A stretch of DNA of 63,617 bases, counting the filler, from Nemertoderma westbladi (Eukaryota; Animalia; Xenacoelomorpha), in assembly GCA_032718475.1 (NCBI GenBank). It is 3 parts of 3 records of this genome, joined end to end, with 100 filler letters (N's around TTAATTAATTAA, not from the genome) between each part and the next. Parts side by side here need not be neighbours in the genome. Positions count along the whole stretch, not along the records: positions 20,715 to 51,468 come from JAUCBJ010004865.1; 2 more parts are not named here. The stretch is one strand, 5' to 3'. The position numbers were made by a program, and so were the translations under genes. The notes beneath the pieces are model-generated. The model saw nothing but the letters and a program-made list of their open reading frames with translations. It was not told the DNA's origin and ran no database searches. How positions within the stretch are numbered: position 1 is the stretch's first letter; each line of letters starts with the position of its first letter. This document shows positions 35,852-45,599 of the stretch, in pieces.

Positions 35852-38394
35852 TGCAACACTGGGAGCAGTCAATCAGGTGAGATTCGTCGTGGGCGGTGGG
35901 CGGGGCGCACACACGAAGTCGAGTGGCTGGCAGTTAGTATGTCAGTATGTGTATCTTGTACCGGTCAACCGGTAGTTAGGCCTACAGCAGAGCAGTGTAG
36001 TCAGATCATATTGTTCAGTTGTACTCGAAGTTGTACTCGAAGTTGTTGCTACGAAGAAGTTGCTACAGGTTTCTTCAGTAGGAAATGCGCGGGTGTTAGT
36101 GCTTCTAGGGAGTCGGGACTCGATGAGACTGGCATAAGCGGTCTCTCGTTGAGATAGGCGGTGATTTCCTCCATTAACGTCCGCAAAAGTTCGTCGGTAA
36201 GATACGCGCGGCACGGCACTATAAAGTGAAATGCGGTCTTCATGCTCCTGATTAATCTCTCCCAACTTCCTCCCCACCAAGGGGCGTCGGCGGCGTTGAA
36301 GGTCCAGCTAGATGCTGTTACTCTTAGCTGATCGTCCACCTGTCTTTGGTTCCAATCTTTAACGTAAGCCTTGATCTCATTATTGGCACCAATGAAGTTC
36401 GTTCCCTTATCAGATCTCATCGTGTTGCTAGTTCCAAAGCGAGCGATCTGTCGGCGTAAGCTCAGTATGAAGCTGTTGGTAGATAGATCGTTCACCATAT
36501 CGAGATGGATAGCTCTACAAGTCATACAGACAAAGATGACACACCATCTCTTGACTATAGTCCTAGCACGATATACTTCAATAGGGCCAAGTAAATCCAC
36601 ACCGGTATTAGTAAAGGGTGGTTCATAGAAGCTTACTCGTTCCCTAGGTAATTCTGCCTCTCGCTGTGTTAAAGGCCTACTGAATGCTTTCCTACAGGGT
36701 ATACAGTTCCTAAGAACTTGGTTCAGAGCTCTACGGGGTTTATGGAAATAATAGCGAGTTCGAATTTTGCTAAGAACTCATTCTCTACCAGCATGGTAAA
36801 GCTTACTGTGAACATCTACAATCATCTTGATTTGTATTTCAAGATTTCTAATGAGTATGGGAAATTTAGTGTCAAAGGACAATGGAGCATAAGTTAGTCT
36901 CCCTCCAACATATATTAACCCATCTATCATTGTGCTAGAGAAACGATCCCTTAAGCGCGTCTGTGGATTTCTCAACAACAGGAAATACTTATCGGAATCT
37001 TCATAGCATTGCAGGAGTCTCAGTATCTGCTTATTGGTTTCTTCATGCTCCTGGTAACTGATCTTCTCCGTCAGAAACCTGTCTGATACCTTGTATTTGG
37101 GAAGATCTTTAATAGCATGGACCTGCGCGGATGTTTGTGGAGCAGTATCACTAGCGATCTTCTTCCTGGAGTAATGATGATGGAAGCATCGCTTCAAATA
37201 CACGACGGCCTTACAAAGCCGATTCCAGGAGCTATAGTGATTCATCGCTCTCTGCAGGAGAGGTGAGAGTCCCTGCGAGACGTCTGGTGTTCCAGATCTC
37301 CAGTCTCTTTCTCTAATTTCCACAACAGATTTATTTGTGGCGGGGGAGTTGAGATCCAAGTAGTATAGGAAGCTATGACATCCGCACATGGTCACCCATA
37401 GCCCATCATTACCATCCAATTCTACTCCTTCTTCCAATCAGAAGCCACCATTTCAACCATTAGCAGTGGTCGTTATTATTTCAACCAATCAGATGTCAGC
37501 ATTTCAACCGTAACCATGGTAACTTCTCAAGATCTCGCTTATTCCGCTAGAGGCGTTATTAGTCACCCTACGCTACTCCTTCCTCCAATCACCAACCTTT
37601 ATCTTACAGGTGTTCGGGTGTCTACACTTAGCATCAGGTAACGTCTACTATTTTTCAAATCGCTATTTTTCAGCAACTAGTATTTTCATAATCACCAACC
37701 ATTATCTTACAGATGCTAGGGGTGTCTACAGGTAACATCTACTATTTTTCTAATCGCTATTTTTCAGCAACCAGTATTTTCATATTCACCAACCTTTATT
37801 TTACAGGTGCTACGAGTGTCTACAGGTAACTTCTACTATTTTTCACCAGTAACTAAATTTAATTTTGCAATTTTTCAGATAACAAAATATTCAACAGGGT
37901 TCGAACTCGGGAGCGTAACCACCAGCGATGCTTGCCTAACCCTACGGTTATTCCCCTTTTCGCCACGCTACCACTACCACCACTGTATACTGTATATGGT
38001 GACGACAACGACGACGTGGCCATCTACACGCATCACGCATATATTATATTATATCGATTGCCAACTCCTTGACTGCTGTCGCCAAATCAACCAACCAACC
38101 AGTATGATACATGAAATTCCGCTACGTTCCAGCTACGCGTATACGAGCATTGGTGATTATTATTATTATTACGCAGAACCAAATAATTTTTGATTATACT
38201 GTATTTCCCTACCTGCTAATCAACCAATCAATAAACCGAATTTAGGCTATTTCTCAGTTTAAGACCTGTATTATTTTTGAAAATATCTTATATATAATCT
38301 CTTGCTTTAATCACAATTAATCATTTGTAATGGTTTTAGTTTAAAAGTTTTTACTTTGTTTGTTTGATTTACAATAAAATAAATTAATTAAATA

Positions 38395-38838
38395 ATGTCT
38401 TCTATTTCCGATATGGTTATGCCAATAGTAAGGCATTCATTTTTTGCAGAAGATGGTGAAGCCTATATTGTTATTGATTATACAATTTACCGTCGGGGAG
38501 ATGATAAATATAAAATTGAGTTTTCTGAAAAAGCCAGGAAAGTTTTAAGCTCAATTGATATTGATGCTTCTGATAATAGTATTCATCTCTTAGATTACAA
38601 CCTGAAAGTTGAGCATGAGGGAAAATTAATCAATATCTTACTATTATCCATGATAGAGGGGTTAATTGTTATTACACAATACAACGAAGCTGGTGAAAAG
38701 TTTGAAATACGGCTAAATCGGCATAGCCCCTACGAAATTATGTCTTTCTTTATTGTAATGATTTCAAAAGAATCCTTTGTCGAAACTGAAGAATCAACAG
38801 ATAATGTTGAATATGTTGATAATATCATTGATTCTTGA
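38395..38838 (+). CDS. Hypothetical 147-aa protein in the left arm
   Basis: ATG ORF after an AT-rich leader; near-identical inverted copy at 41178-41621 differs at 2 residues. Confidence 0.65.
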   Translation: MSSISDMVMPIVRHSFFAEDGEAYIVIDYTIYRRGDDKYKIEFSEKARKVLSSIDIDASDNSIHLLDYNLKVEHEGKLINILLLSMIEGLIVITQYNEAGEKFEIRLNRHSPYEIMSFFIVMISKESFVETEESTDNVEYVDNIIDS

Positions 38839-39026
38839 CTTTTCCCGCTATATTATAAATATTTTATGATTATTTATAAAATTTTGATGTTTTTAATTAT
38901 GAAAAAAAAAAACATCAAATTTTAAATAATCGAAAATTGTAGTAGTAATTGCATATACAGTATAACAGATTTGTTTGTTGTTGTGTATTGAGGTAATTAT
39001 TTTCAATTTACTTTAAAATTTGGAAA

Positions 39027-39476
39027 ATGGATATTTTAAATGAAAAATGTCCAGTTTGCTATTCTAAGTTATTGCAACATCGAGATTATTATAAATGTGA
39101 AAATAAACATGCAACTTGCGTACAATGTATTGTACAATATTCCGAAATGAATAATTATTGTTCTAAAATTTGTCCTATTTGTCGCGCACCCATATCTAAG
39201 TTTAATATAAAGTTGGCAAGATACCAACCCTATTATTGGAAAGAGCTTCGCAATATAACTTATATTTCTGCGGAAAGTAATGATCCGGGAGATTTATTTA
39301 CAATATTGGAGAATATTTTTTATAGAAATGTAGTACGACGGTGTTGCTACTATATTCCTTATTTTTTTAGCAGCGAACATAAAAAAATCATTAGCGCGAA
39401 ATTCTCGGGAAGTGATTTCCAAACCGCCGATGTTACCTATCATTATTTCGCGTATAAAGATGCTCACCATGCTTGA
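39027..39476 (+). CDS. RING-finger protein (C3HC4-like)
   Basis: CPVC...CENKHATCVQC...CPICRAPI. Confidence 0.75.
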   Translation: MDILNEKCPVCYSKLLQHRDYYKCENKHATCVQCIVQYSEMNNYCSKICPICRAPISKFNIKLARYQPYYWKELRNITYISAESNDPGDLFTILENIFYRNVVRRCCYYIPYFFSSEHKKIISAKFSGSDFQTADVTYHYFAYKDAHHA

Positions 39477-39699
39477 AATTACATTGAAAATGAGTCTATA
39501 CTATAATTGGAAATAGCACCTTTTGTTGCAGCGAGCGTCACATACTGTAGTTGTGTCATATGTTAATTAAATATACAGTACTCTAATATTGTAGTTGCAT
39601 CAATTATTGTTATATACATAGTAATGGTGATGGTTTATTGATATTGATATTTATATTATATTATATTGTATTGTTGATATATCTTAATAATAATAATAA

Positions 39700-40380
39700 A
39701 TGGCTGACTTTAATTCAGGTCCATATAATTTAAACTTTCAAATGGGAACGAGTATGATAATTTCTGGCCCATCTGGTTCTGGAAAGTCAACATTTGTTAG
39801 CAATTTAATTAAACACAAGAATGGTTGTTTCAACGAAGCCCCCTTGCGAGTATTGTATTGTTACGGGAGCAATCCCCCAACTATTCCTGGTATTACTCAC
39901 CTTTACAAAGGTTTGCCAGAAAATATAGATAGTTTAGTGAATAGTCGAGATTTATTAATTATAGATGATTTATTAACAGAAACTGAGTCCAGTACAGCTT
40001 TAACTGTATTGTTTACTAAGGTAGCTCATCATTCCAATATATTTATTTGTTTTATAACGCAAAACATGTTTTACGGTGGGAAGCATAACCGCACAAGATC
40101 AATTAATAGCCATACTTTAGTATTAATGAAAAATCCGCGAGACAGTTTATCGGTTTTAAATTTCGCGAAGCAGATGTTACCAGGGCAGACCAAATTTTTA
40201 GTAGATTCCTATCAAGATGCGACTATTGAACCATTTTCGCATTTCTTAATTGATTTACGACAGGAAACACCCGAACATTTAAGATTTAGATCGGATATAT
40301 TTCGTAATCATAATTGTTACATTAAAAATTACATTGACTATAAACGTAGCGAAAATAATAATAATAATAATAATAAATAA
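39700..40380 (+). CDS. FtsK/HerA (A32-like) genome-packaging ATPase of Maverick/Polinton type
   Basis: Walker A GPSGSGKS, Walker B LLIIDD, ITQNMF, RTRSINSHTLVLMKNPRD, HFLIDL. Confidence 0.9.
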   Translation: MADFNSGPYNLNFQMGTSMIISGPSGSGKSTFVSNLIKHKNGCFNEAPLRVLYCYGSNPPTIPGITHLYKGLPENIDSLVNSRDLLIIDDLLTETESSTALTVLFTKVAHHSNIFICFITQNMFYGGKHNRTRSINSHTLVLMKNPRDSLSVLNFAKQMLPGQTKFLVDSYQDATIEPFSHFLIDLRQETPEHLRFRSDIFRNHNCYIKNYIDYKRSENNNNNNNK

Positions 40381-40417
40381 TTAATATTTTGTAACAATTT
40401 TCAATAATGTTGCAACA

Positions 40418-40799
40418 ATGAATAGACTTGTGCAGAAATATCGTAACGAACTGGAATTTCTACGCAGCGCTACCCCTCAACAAAGAACTTATTTTATTAA
40501 CCATACCGCGAGTAACGAATTAATACGGCTCATTGTAAATACTGCATTAAATGTTCTAAAAGGTAACGTACAATTGACCCCTCATTCAGTTAGAAATATT
40601 TGCCGCTATAAAAAGGTATTGAAATCACTCAACCGTAAAACAAAAAATATATCAAGTTACAGAAAAAAGTTAAGCAATCAATCTGGAGGTATACTACCGT
40701 TTCTAAAACCCTTACTCGGCATTGGTGCGAAACTTGCCGCGAGTGCCGGTGCCGCCGCCGCTGCAGCGGCTATTGCGAAAAAAATTAACCGTGGACAAC
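40418..40799 (+). CDS. Small basic Maverick virion/core-like protein, cut at the inversion junction
   Basis: ALNVLKGNVQLT...YKKVLKSL...KKLSNQSGGILPFLKPLL, a pattern recalled from ORFs just downstream of Maverick ATPases; the reading frame beyond 40800 is antisense RING sequence. Confidence 0.65.
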
Positions 40800-40990
40800 G
40801 CCAACTTTATATTAAACTTAGATATGGGTGCGCGACAAATAGGACAAATTTTAGAACAATAATTATTCATTTCGGAATATTGTACAATACATTGTACCCA
40901 AGTTGCATGTTTATTTTCACATTTATAATAATCTCGATGTTGCAATAACTTAGAATAGCGAACTGGACATTTTTCATTTAAAATATCCAT
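40800..40990 (-). pseudogene. Truncated, mutated copy of the RING gene in the right arm
   Basis: Same N-terminus as 39027 but CPVC becomes CPVR and ATCVQC becomes ATWVQC; homology ends at 40800. Confidence 0.85.
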
Positions 40991-41177
40991 TTTCCAAATT
41001 TTAAAGTAAATTGAAAATAATTACCTCAATACACAACAACAAACAAATCTGTTATACTGTATATACAATTACTACTACAATTTTCGATTATTTAAAATTT
41101 GATGTTTTTTTTTTCATAATTAAAAACATCAAAATTTTATAAATAATCATAAAATATTTATAATATAGCGGGAAAAG

Positions 41178-41621
41178 TCAAGAATCAATGATATTATCAA
41201 CATATTCAACATTATCTGTTGATTCTTCAGTTTCGACAAAGGATTCTTTTGAAATCATTACAATAAAGAAAGACATAATTTCGTTGGGGCTATGCCGATT
41301 TAGCCGTATTTCAAACTTTTCACCAGCTTCGTTATATTGTGTAATAACAATTAACCCCTCTATCATGGATAATAGTAAGATATTGATTAATTTTCCCTCA
41401 TGCTCAACTTTCAGGTTGTAATCTAAGAGATGAATACTATTATCAGAAGCATCAATATCAATTGAGCTTAAAACTTTCCTGGCTTTTTCAGAAAACTCAA
41501 TTTTATATTTATCATCTCCCCGACGGTAAATTGTATAATCAATAACAATATAGGCTTCACCATCTTCTGCAAAAAATGAATGCCTTACTATTGGCATAAC
41601 CATATCGGAATTAGAAGACAT
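41178..41621 (-). CDS. Hypothetical 147-aa protein, right-arm copy
   Basis: Inverted duplicate of 38395-38838. Confidence 0.65.
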   Translation of the reverse strand: MSSNSDMVMPIVRHSFFAEDGEAYIVIDYTIYRRGDDKYKIEFSEKARKVLSSIDIDASDNSIHLLDYNLKVEHEGKLINILLLSMIEGLIVITQYNEAGEKFEIRLNRHSPNEIMSFFIVMISKESFVETEESTDNVEYVDNIIDS

Positions 41622-42526
41622 TATTTAATTTATTTTATTGTAAATCAAACAAACAAAGTAAAAACTTTTAAACTAAAACCATTACAAATGATTAATTGTG
41701 ATTAAAGCAAGAGATTATATATAAGATATTTTCAAAAATAATACAGGTCTTAAACTGAGAAATAGCCTAAATTCGGTTTATTGATTGGTTGATTAGCCGG
41801 TAGGGAAATACAGTATAATCAAAAATTATTTGGTTCTGCGTAATAATAATAATAATCACTAATGCTCGTATACGCGTAGCTGGAACGTGGCGGAATTTCA
41901 TGTATCATACTGGTTGGTTTGTTGATTTGGTGACAGCAGTCAAGGAGTTGGCAATCGATATAATATAATATATGCGTGATACGTGTAGATGGCCATGTCG
42001 TCGTTGTCGTCACCATATACAGTATACAGTGGTGGTAGTGGTAGCGTGGCGAAAAGGGGAATAACCGTAGGGTTAGGCAAGCATCGCTGGTGGTTGGGTG
42101 GGTAACAGCCATGGATCGAGTAGTGATGGGTTGGGGGCTAGCCATGCATCGCGAGGTTAGGCTATGCGAAGATGAATATGCAATGGTTGGTGATTATGAA
42201 AATACTAGTTGCTGAAAAATAGCGATTTGAAAAATAGTAGACGTTACCTGATGCTAAGTGTAGACACCCGAACACCTGTAAGATAAAGGTTGGTGATTGG
42301 AGGAAGGAGTAGCGTAGGGTGACTAATAACGCCTCTAGCGGAATAAGCGAGAACTTGAGAAGTTACCATGGTTACGGTTGAAATGCTGACATCTGATTGG
42401 TTGAAATAATAACGACCACTGCTAATGGTTGAAATGGTGGCTTCTGATTGGAGGAAGGAGTAGAAATGGATGGCAATGATGGGCTATGGGTGACCATGTG
42501 CGGATGTCATAGCTTCCTATACTACT

Positions 42527-45400
42527 GATCCACAGCGTCGTCCCCGGAAATATGTAATACAGACAGATCTATCACGGGTTTGAATAACTTTGATTTACTC
42601 GTCCAGGTTTTAGGTTTGACTTTCTCCGCTCCCTTGGCTTGTCTAATCTCAGCAGTGGTAAGATGAGGAGGCCATTCATCTTCTTCTCTACTTAGGAAGT
42701 CGGGTCCACCTAACCAGTCCGGAGTATCTATTAGTTCTTGAGGAGTTGCTCCTCTGGAGGCGATGCCGGCTGGATTAATCGTCCCAGGGCAATCTCTCCA
42801 TTGGTCTACATTAGTGCGACTAAGTATAATGGCTACTCTGTTGGTAACGAAGACACTAAACTGACAGACTTCATTGGTTATATACTCCAAAATGAGTAAA
42901 GCATCGGTCCAATAAACAGTTTTGTCCAGTGGATAGTCGATCTGTTCTGTTACATTCCGGCCGATGGCTGTAGCGTATAGAGCCGCTTTTAACTCCGCTC
43001 GAGGAACTCGTAGTTTGTTGTTTATCAAGGCCTTAGAGGTGACCAAGGCAACTTTAATTCCATCCGGAGTTTCAACCTTCAGGTAGGCTACTATACCTAT
43101 TCCCATATCGCTGGCGTCTCCAAATACATGGAGTTGATAGGAATACGTGGGGAGAACGTGACCAAAATATGAATGGGAAATCGTAAAGTTCTCGATGGAT
43201 GGTAGAGAATCTTCCCATTTCATCCACTTCTTTAGTAGTTCTCCCTTAAGTGGATCGTCCCACGAGTGGTTTTCAAGCCACATTTATTGTACTAAACTCC
43301 GAGCAATCAATATAACTGGGCTAATAAATCCCAATTGAGGATACATAAACTGCTCAGGATACTTAAACAAATCCATTTAGTTCGAACTGGATTATCTCGC
43401 TGTTTTAGCTGGAAAAACAGGTCCCATTTCAATTTGGTTTCCGGAAGATCGTCCTTGATGAGGTCCAGATCTTTAACACCTCGATCTTCTACCGGGATCG
43501 ATTCCAGGAACTCATGGGAGTTACTAGTGAATTTGGTTAGCCGAAATCCACCGCGTCGTAAGCACTCTACCGTTCCCTTGGCAACTTCAATGGCTTCTTC
43601 CACCGATGGGAGGGACTTTAAATTGTCATCCATGTATATATCCCGTTTGATGTTGTCGATAACCGCTTTAGAGAAGGCGTTTCGGTTGTCATCGGCAGTG
43701 ATACGCACTACCGAACAAGTGTTCGAGGGGCTCGAGATGATCCCGAAAGCCTGGATGGTCATCCAGTACTCCACCGGTTTTCGGTTGAGGTCTCCTTCAG
43801 GCCACCACAGAAATCATAGGCTGTCTCGATCCCTATCCAGCGCCTTGACTTGTAAGAACAAGCCTTCTATATCCGAAGAGAAGGCGATCGAATATTGCTG
43901 TAATCTTAAGAGTATTCCCAACAAGGATTGGAGTAAGTTGGGTCCCGGCAACAACTCAGAGTTAAGGGATTGGCCCATGTAAAGGGCGGAGCCGTCGAAT
44001 ACTACCCTGACTTCGTTGGGTTTACCGGGTTTGGGAACGTAATGATGTGTTAGATAATATGTTCTCTCAGTTACGGGTGTTTCTTCCGGTACTCGCTCCG
44101 TGTATCCCTTATCGATGAATTTCTTCAGCTGGGTCTTATACATCTCTGTAGCTGAAGGATTGGCCGTAAGACGCCGATGTAGTTGCGCGATTCTCTTCTC
44201 AGCCAAGGGTCGGTTATTTATAAAGTTGGGTTCTCGCCGTCGAAACGGACTACTACTACTATGATCGGCATGCTGCATTGCAGCTGCATTTTTAAGAATG
44301 CTGTGCCGGCTTGTCAACAAAATTGCACCGCCACAACTCCCTATCACCCATGACATTTGCTAGATCATCCGCATCTTTAAGGCCAGTGTTCTTTAAGATG
44401 CGTCTCAAGAAAGTCATGGGCTTCGAAACGGAAGTCCAATTTCATACCTTCCTTGATCTTTAAGAAAACGGGTAGTCGTTTCCTGAATCTGCTTGGCTCT
44501 TTCCTCTTCAACCGATAGGGCCTTATCGTAGGAATTAGGCTCTACAGCTTCTTGCGTAACGAATCGTACGGCGTGTTCATCGCGAATCTTAGCGTTGTAT
44601 CGATCTATCACCTCATTTAGTTCGTCGTTGTAATCAACTTGTCCACCATGATGGATGAGATGACACAGGTTCACTTGGTTTTGCCAAGTTTCGTTTTCCG
44701 TGAGGAGGTCGATTGTGTTTTCCTCGTCAAATAGTTGATGAATATCGTCATTATCTGAGGAGTATGGTGTTCCCTCAGGTGTGGTCTCTCCCTCACTGAT
44801 TTCTTCTTCCCATTCACTCACCTGATGGACTTGGTCTTTAGGTAGCCTTTCCATGAGTGTCCTACGGGAAGGTCCAGTGAAGTACCAACCTACTCTTGTT
44901 CTTCCCGCATATGTTTGTAATGGTTGCGGTCGAGCAGGCCATTTTTCTAATGTCTCTAGCTCCTCATGCGCATTTTGGCCGATGAGTATCTGTACCCCTG
45001 GGTAGTCGGAGTTGAATCTAGGGATCTCATGCTGCTGGGTGAAATCGTTCTTCATCCCAGTTATAAGGTTCCACTTGGATGGTAGCAAAGTTCTTTATCG
45101 CCACCATTTTTACTGACCTTATACTGTGTTCTCCTAGTTCGTCCTGGGGAGTGGACAACGAGCCTACATAGTAGTCTGTAGCTACTGTAGATTTCCAAAC
45201 CTGCATAATTCCTGAAAGGTTCAACTTAGTTCGGAACTTGGGTTGTCCAGCAAAGATGTCTTTGGCTAGTTCCTTGTCGATGAATGTTCCTGTGCTGCTG
45301 GAGTCAAGGAGGGCATTCACTATAAAACTCTTCGCTAGCCCGTGGACTCTCAGCTGCACTACGGGAAATTCCCGGATTCCGACGTTGGAAGTTGGCGCTT
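42527..45400 (-). pseudogene. BEL pol: aspartic protease, RT and RNase H
   Basis: NALLDSSSTGTFI, ILIG, YEIGLPF, YLTHHYV...RVVFDGSA...SLNSELLPGP, IYMDD, LHVFGDAS, VPRAELKAA, YWTD, FVTNRV; several stops and frameshifts. Confidence 0.92.
44250..44422 (-). mobile_element. 173-bp 5'-truncated RTE 3' end inserted in BEL pol
   Basis: Homologous to 10072-10242, (TAG)n tail, 10-bp TSD TCGAAACGGA (44240-44249 and 44423-44432); removal restores IGLPFRRREPNF. Confidence 0.9.
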
Positions 45401-45599
45401 TCCAAGATGGTTGTCAGTCCGGAATAGTCAGTGGGAGCTCGCTATCGGTTTCAGTCTCATACGTAAGCGCTCGATACACCGCGGTGTTTATCATATAACA
45501 GGATTCGTTTTCGTCGGAGAATTCATCCATGTAAAATCCTTCCATCTCAGAGCTGTGGTCAGTGTCGTTCACATCACTGAATTGGACATGTAATTCAAC

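Larger units (their letters stand above)
30873..36061 (-). mobile_element. Full-length CR1/L2-group LINE
   Basis: ORF1 plus ORF2, 3' tail (AACTTG)n, 6-bp TSD GCTACA (30867-30872 and 36062-36067); removal restores BEL KKPVA-MLPRS. Confidence 0.92.
30539..37358 (-). pseudogene. BEL integrase region, split by the LINE at 30873-36061
   Basis: VGGRL...PIL, HSKLYHAG...CIPC zinc finger, GVDLLGP, RAIHLD, SDKGTNF, GGSWERLIRSMK, LTPAHFL, then YLPTLQLRTKW...WQTGRI...DGLVRSV. Confidence 0.9.
37359..42526 (+). mobile_element. Non-autonomous, near-palindromic Maverick/Polinton derivative (5168 bp)
   Basis: AGTAGT...ACTACT termini, 6-bp TSD GATCCA (37353-37358 and 42527-42532), inverted blocks 37359-37703/42182-42526 and 37917-39217/40800-42095, Maverick-type ATPase. 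Confidence 0.93.

Noticed and set aside
37807-38193. 128-aa ORF and its 108-aa mirror at 41819-42145
   Set aside because: Different N-termini, left copy lacks an ATG start, no motifs; shared only because of the inverted repeat
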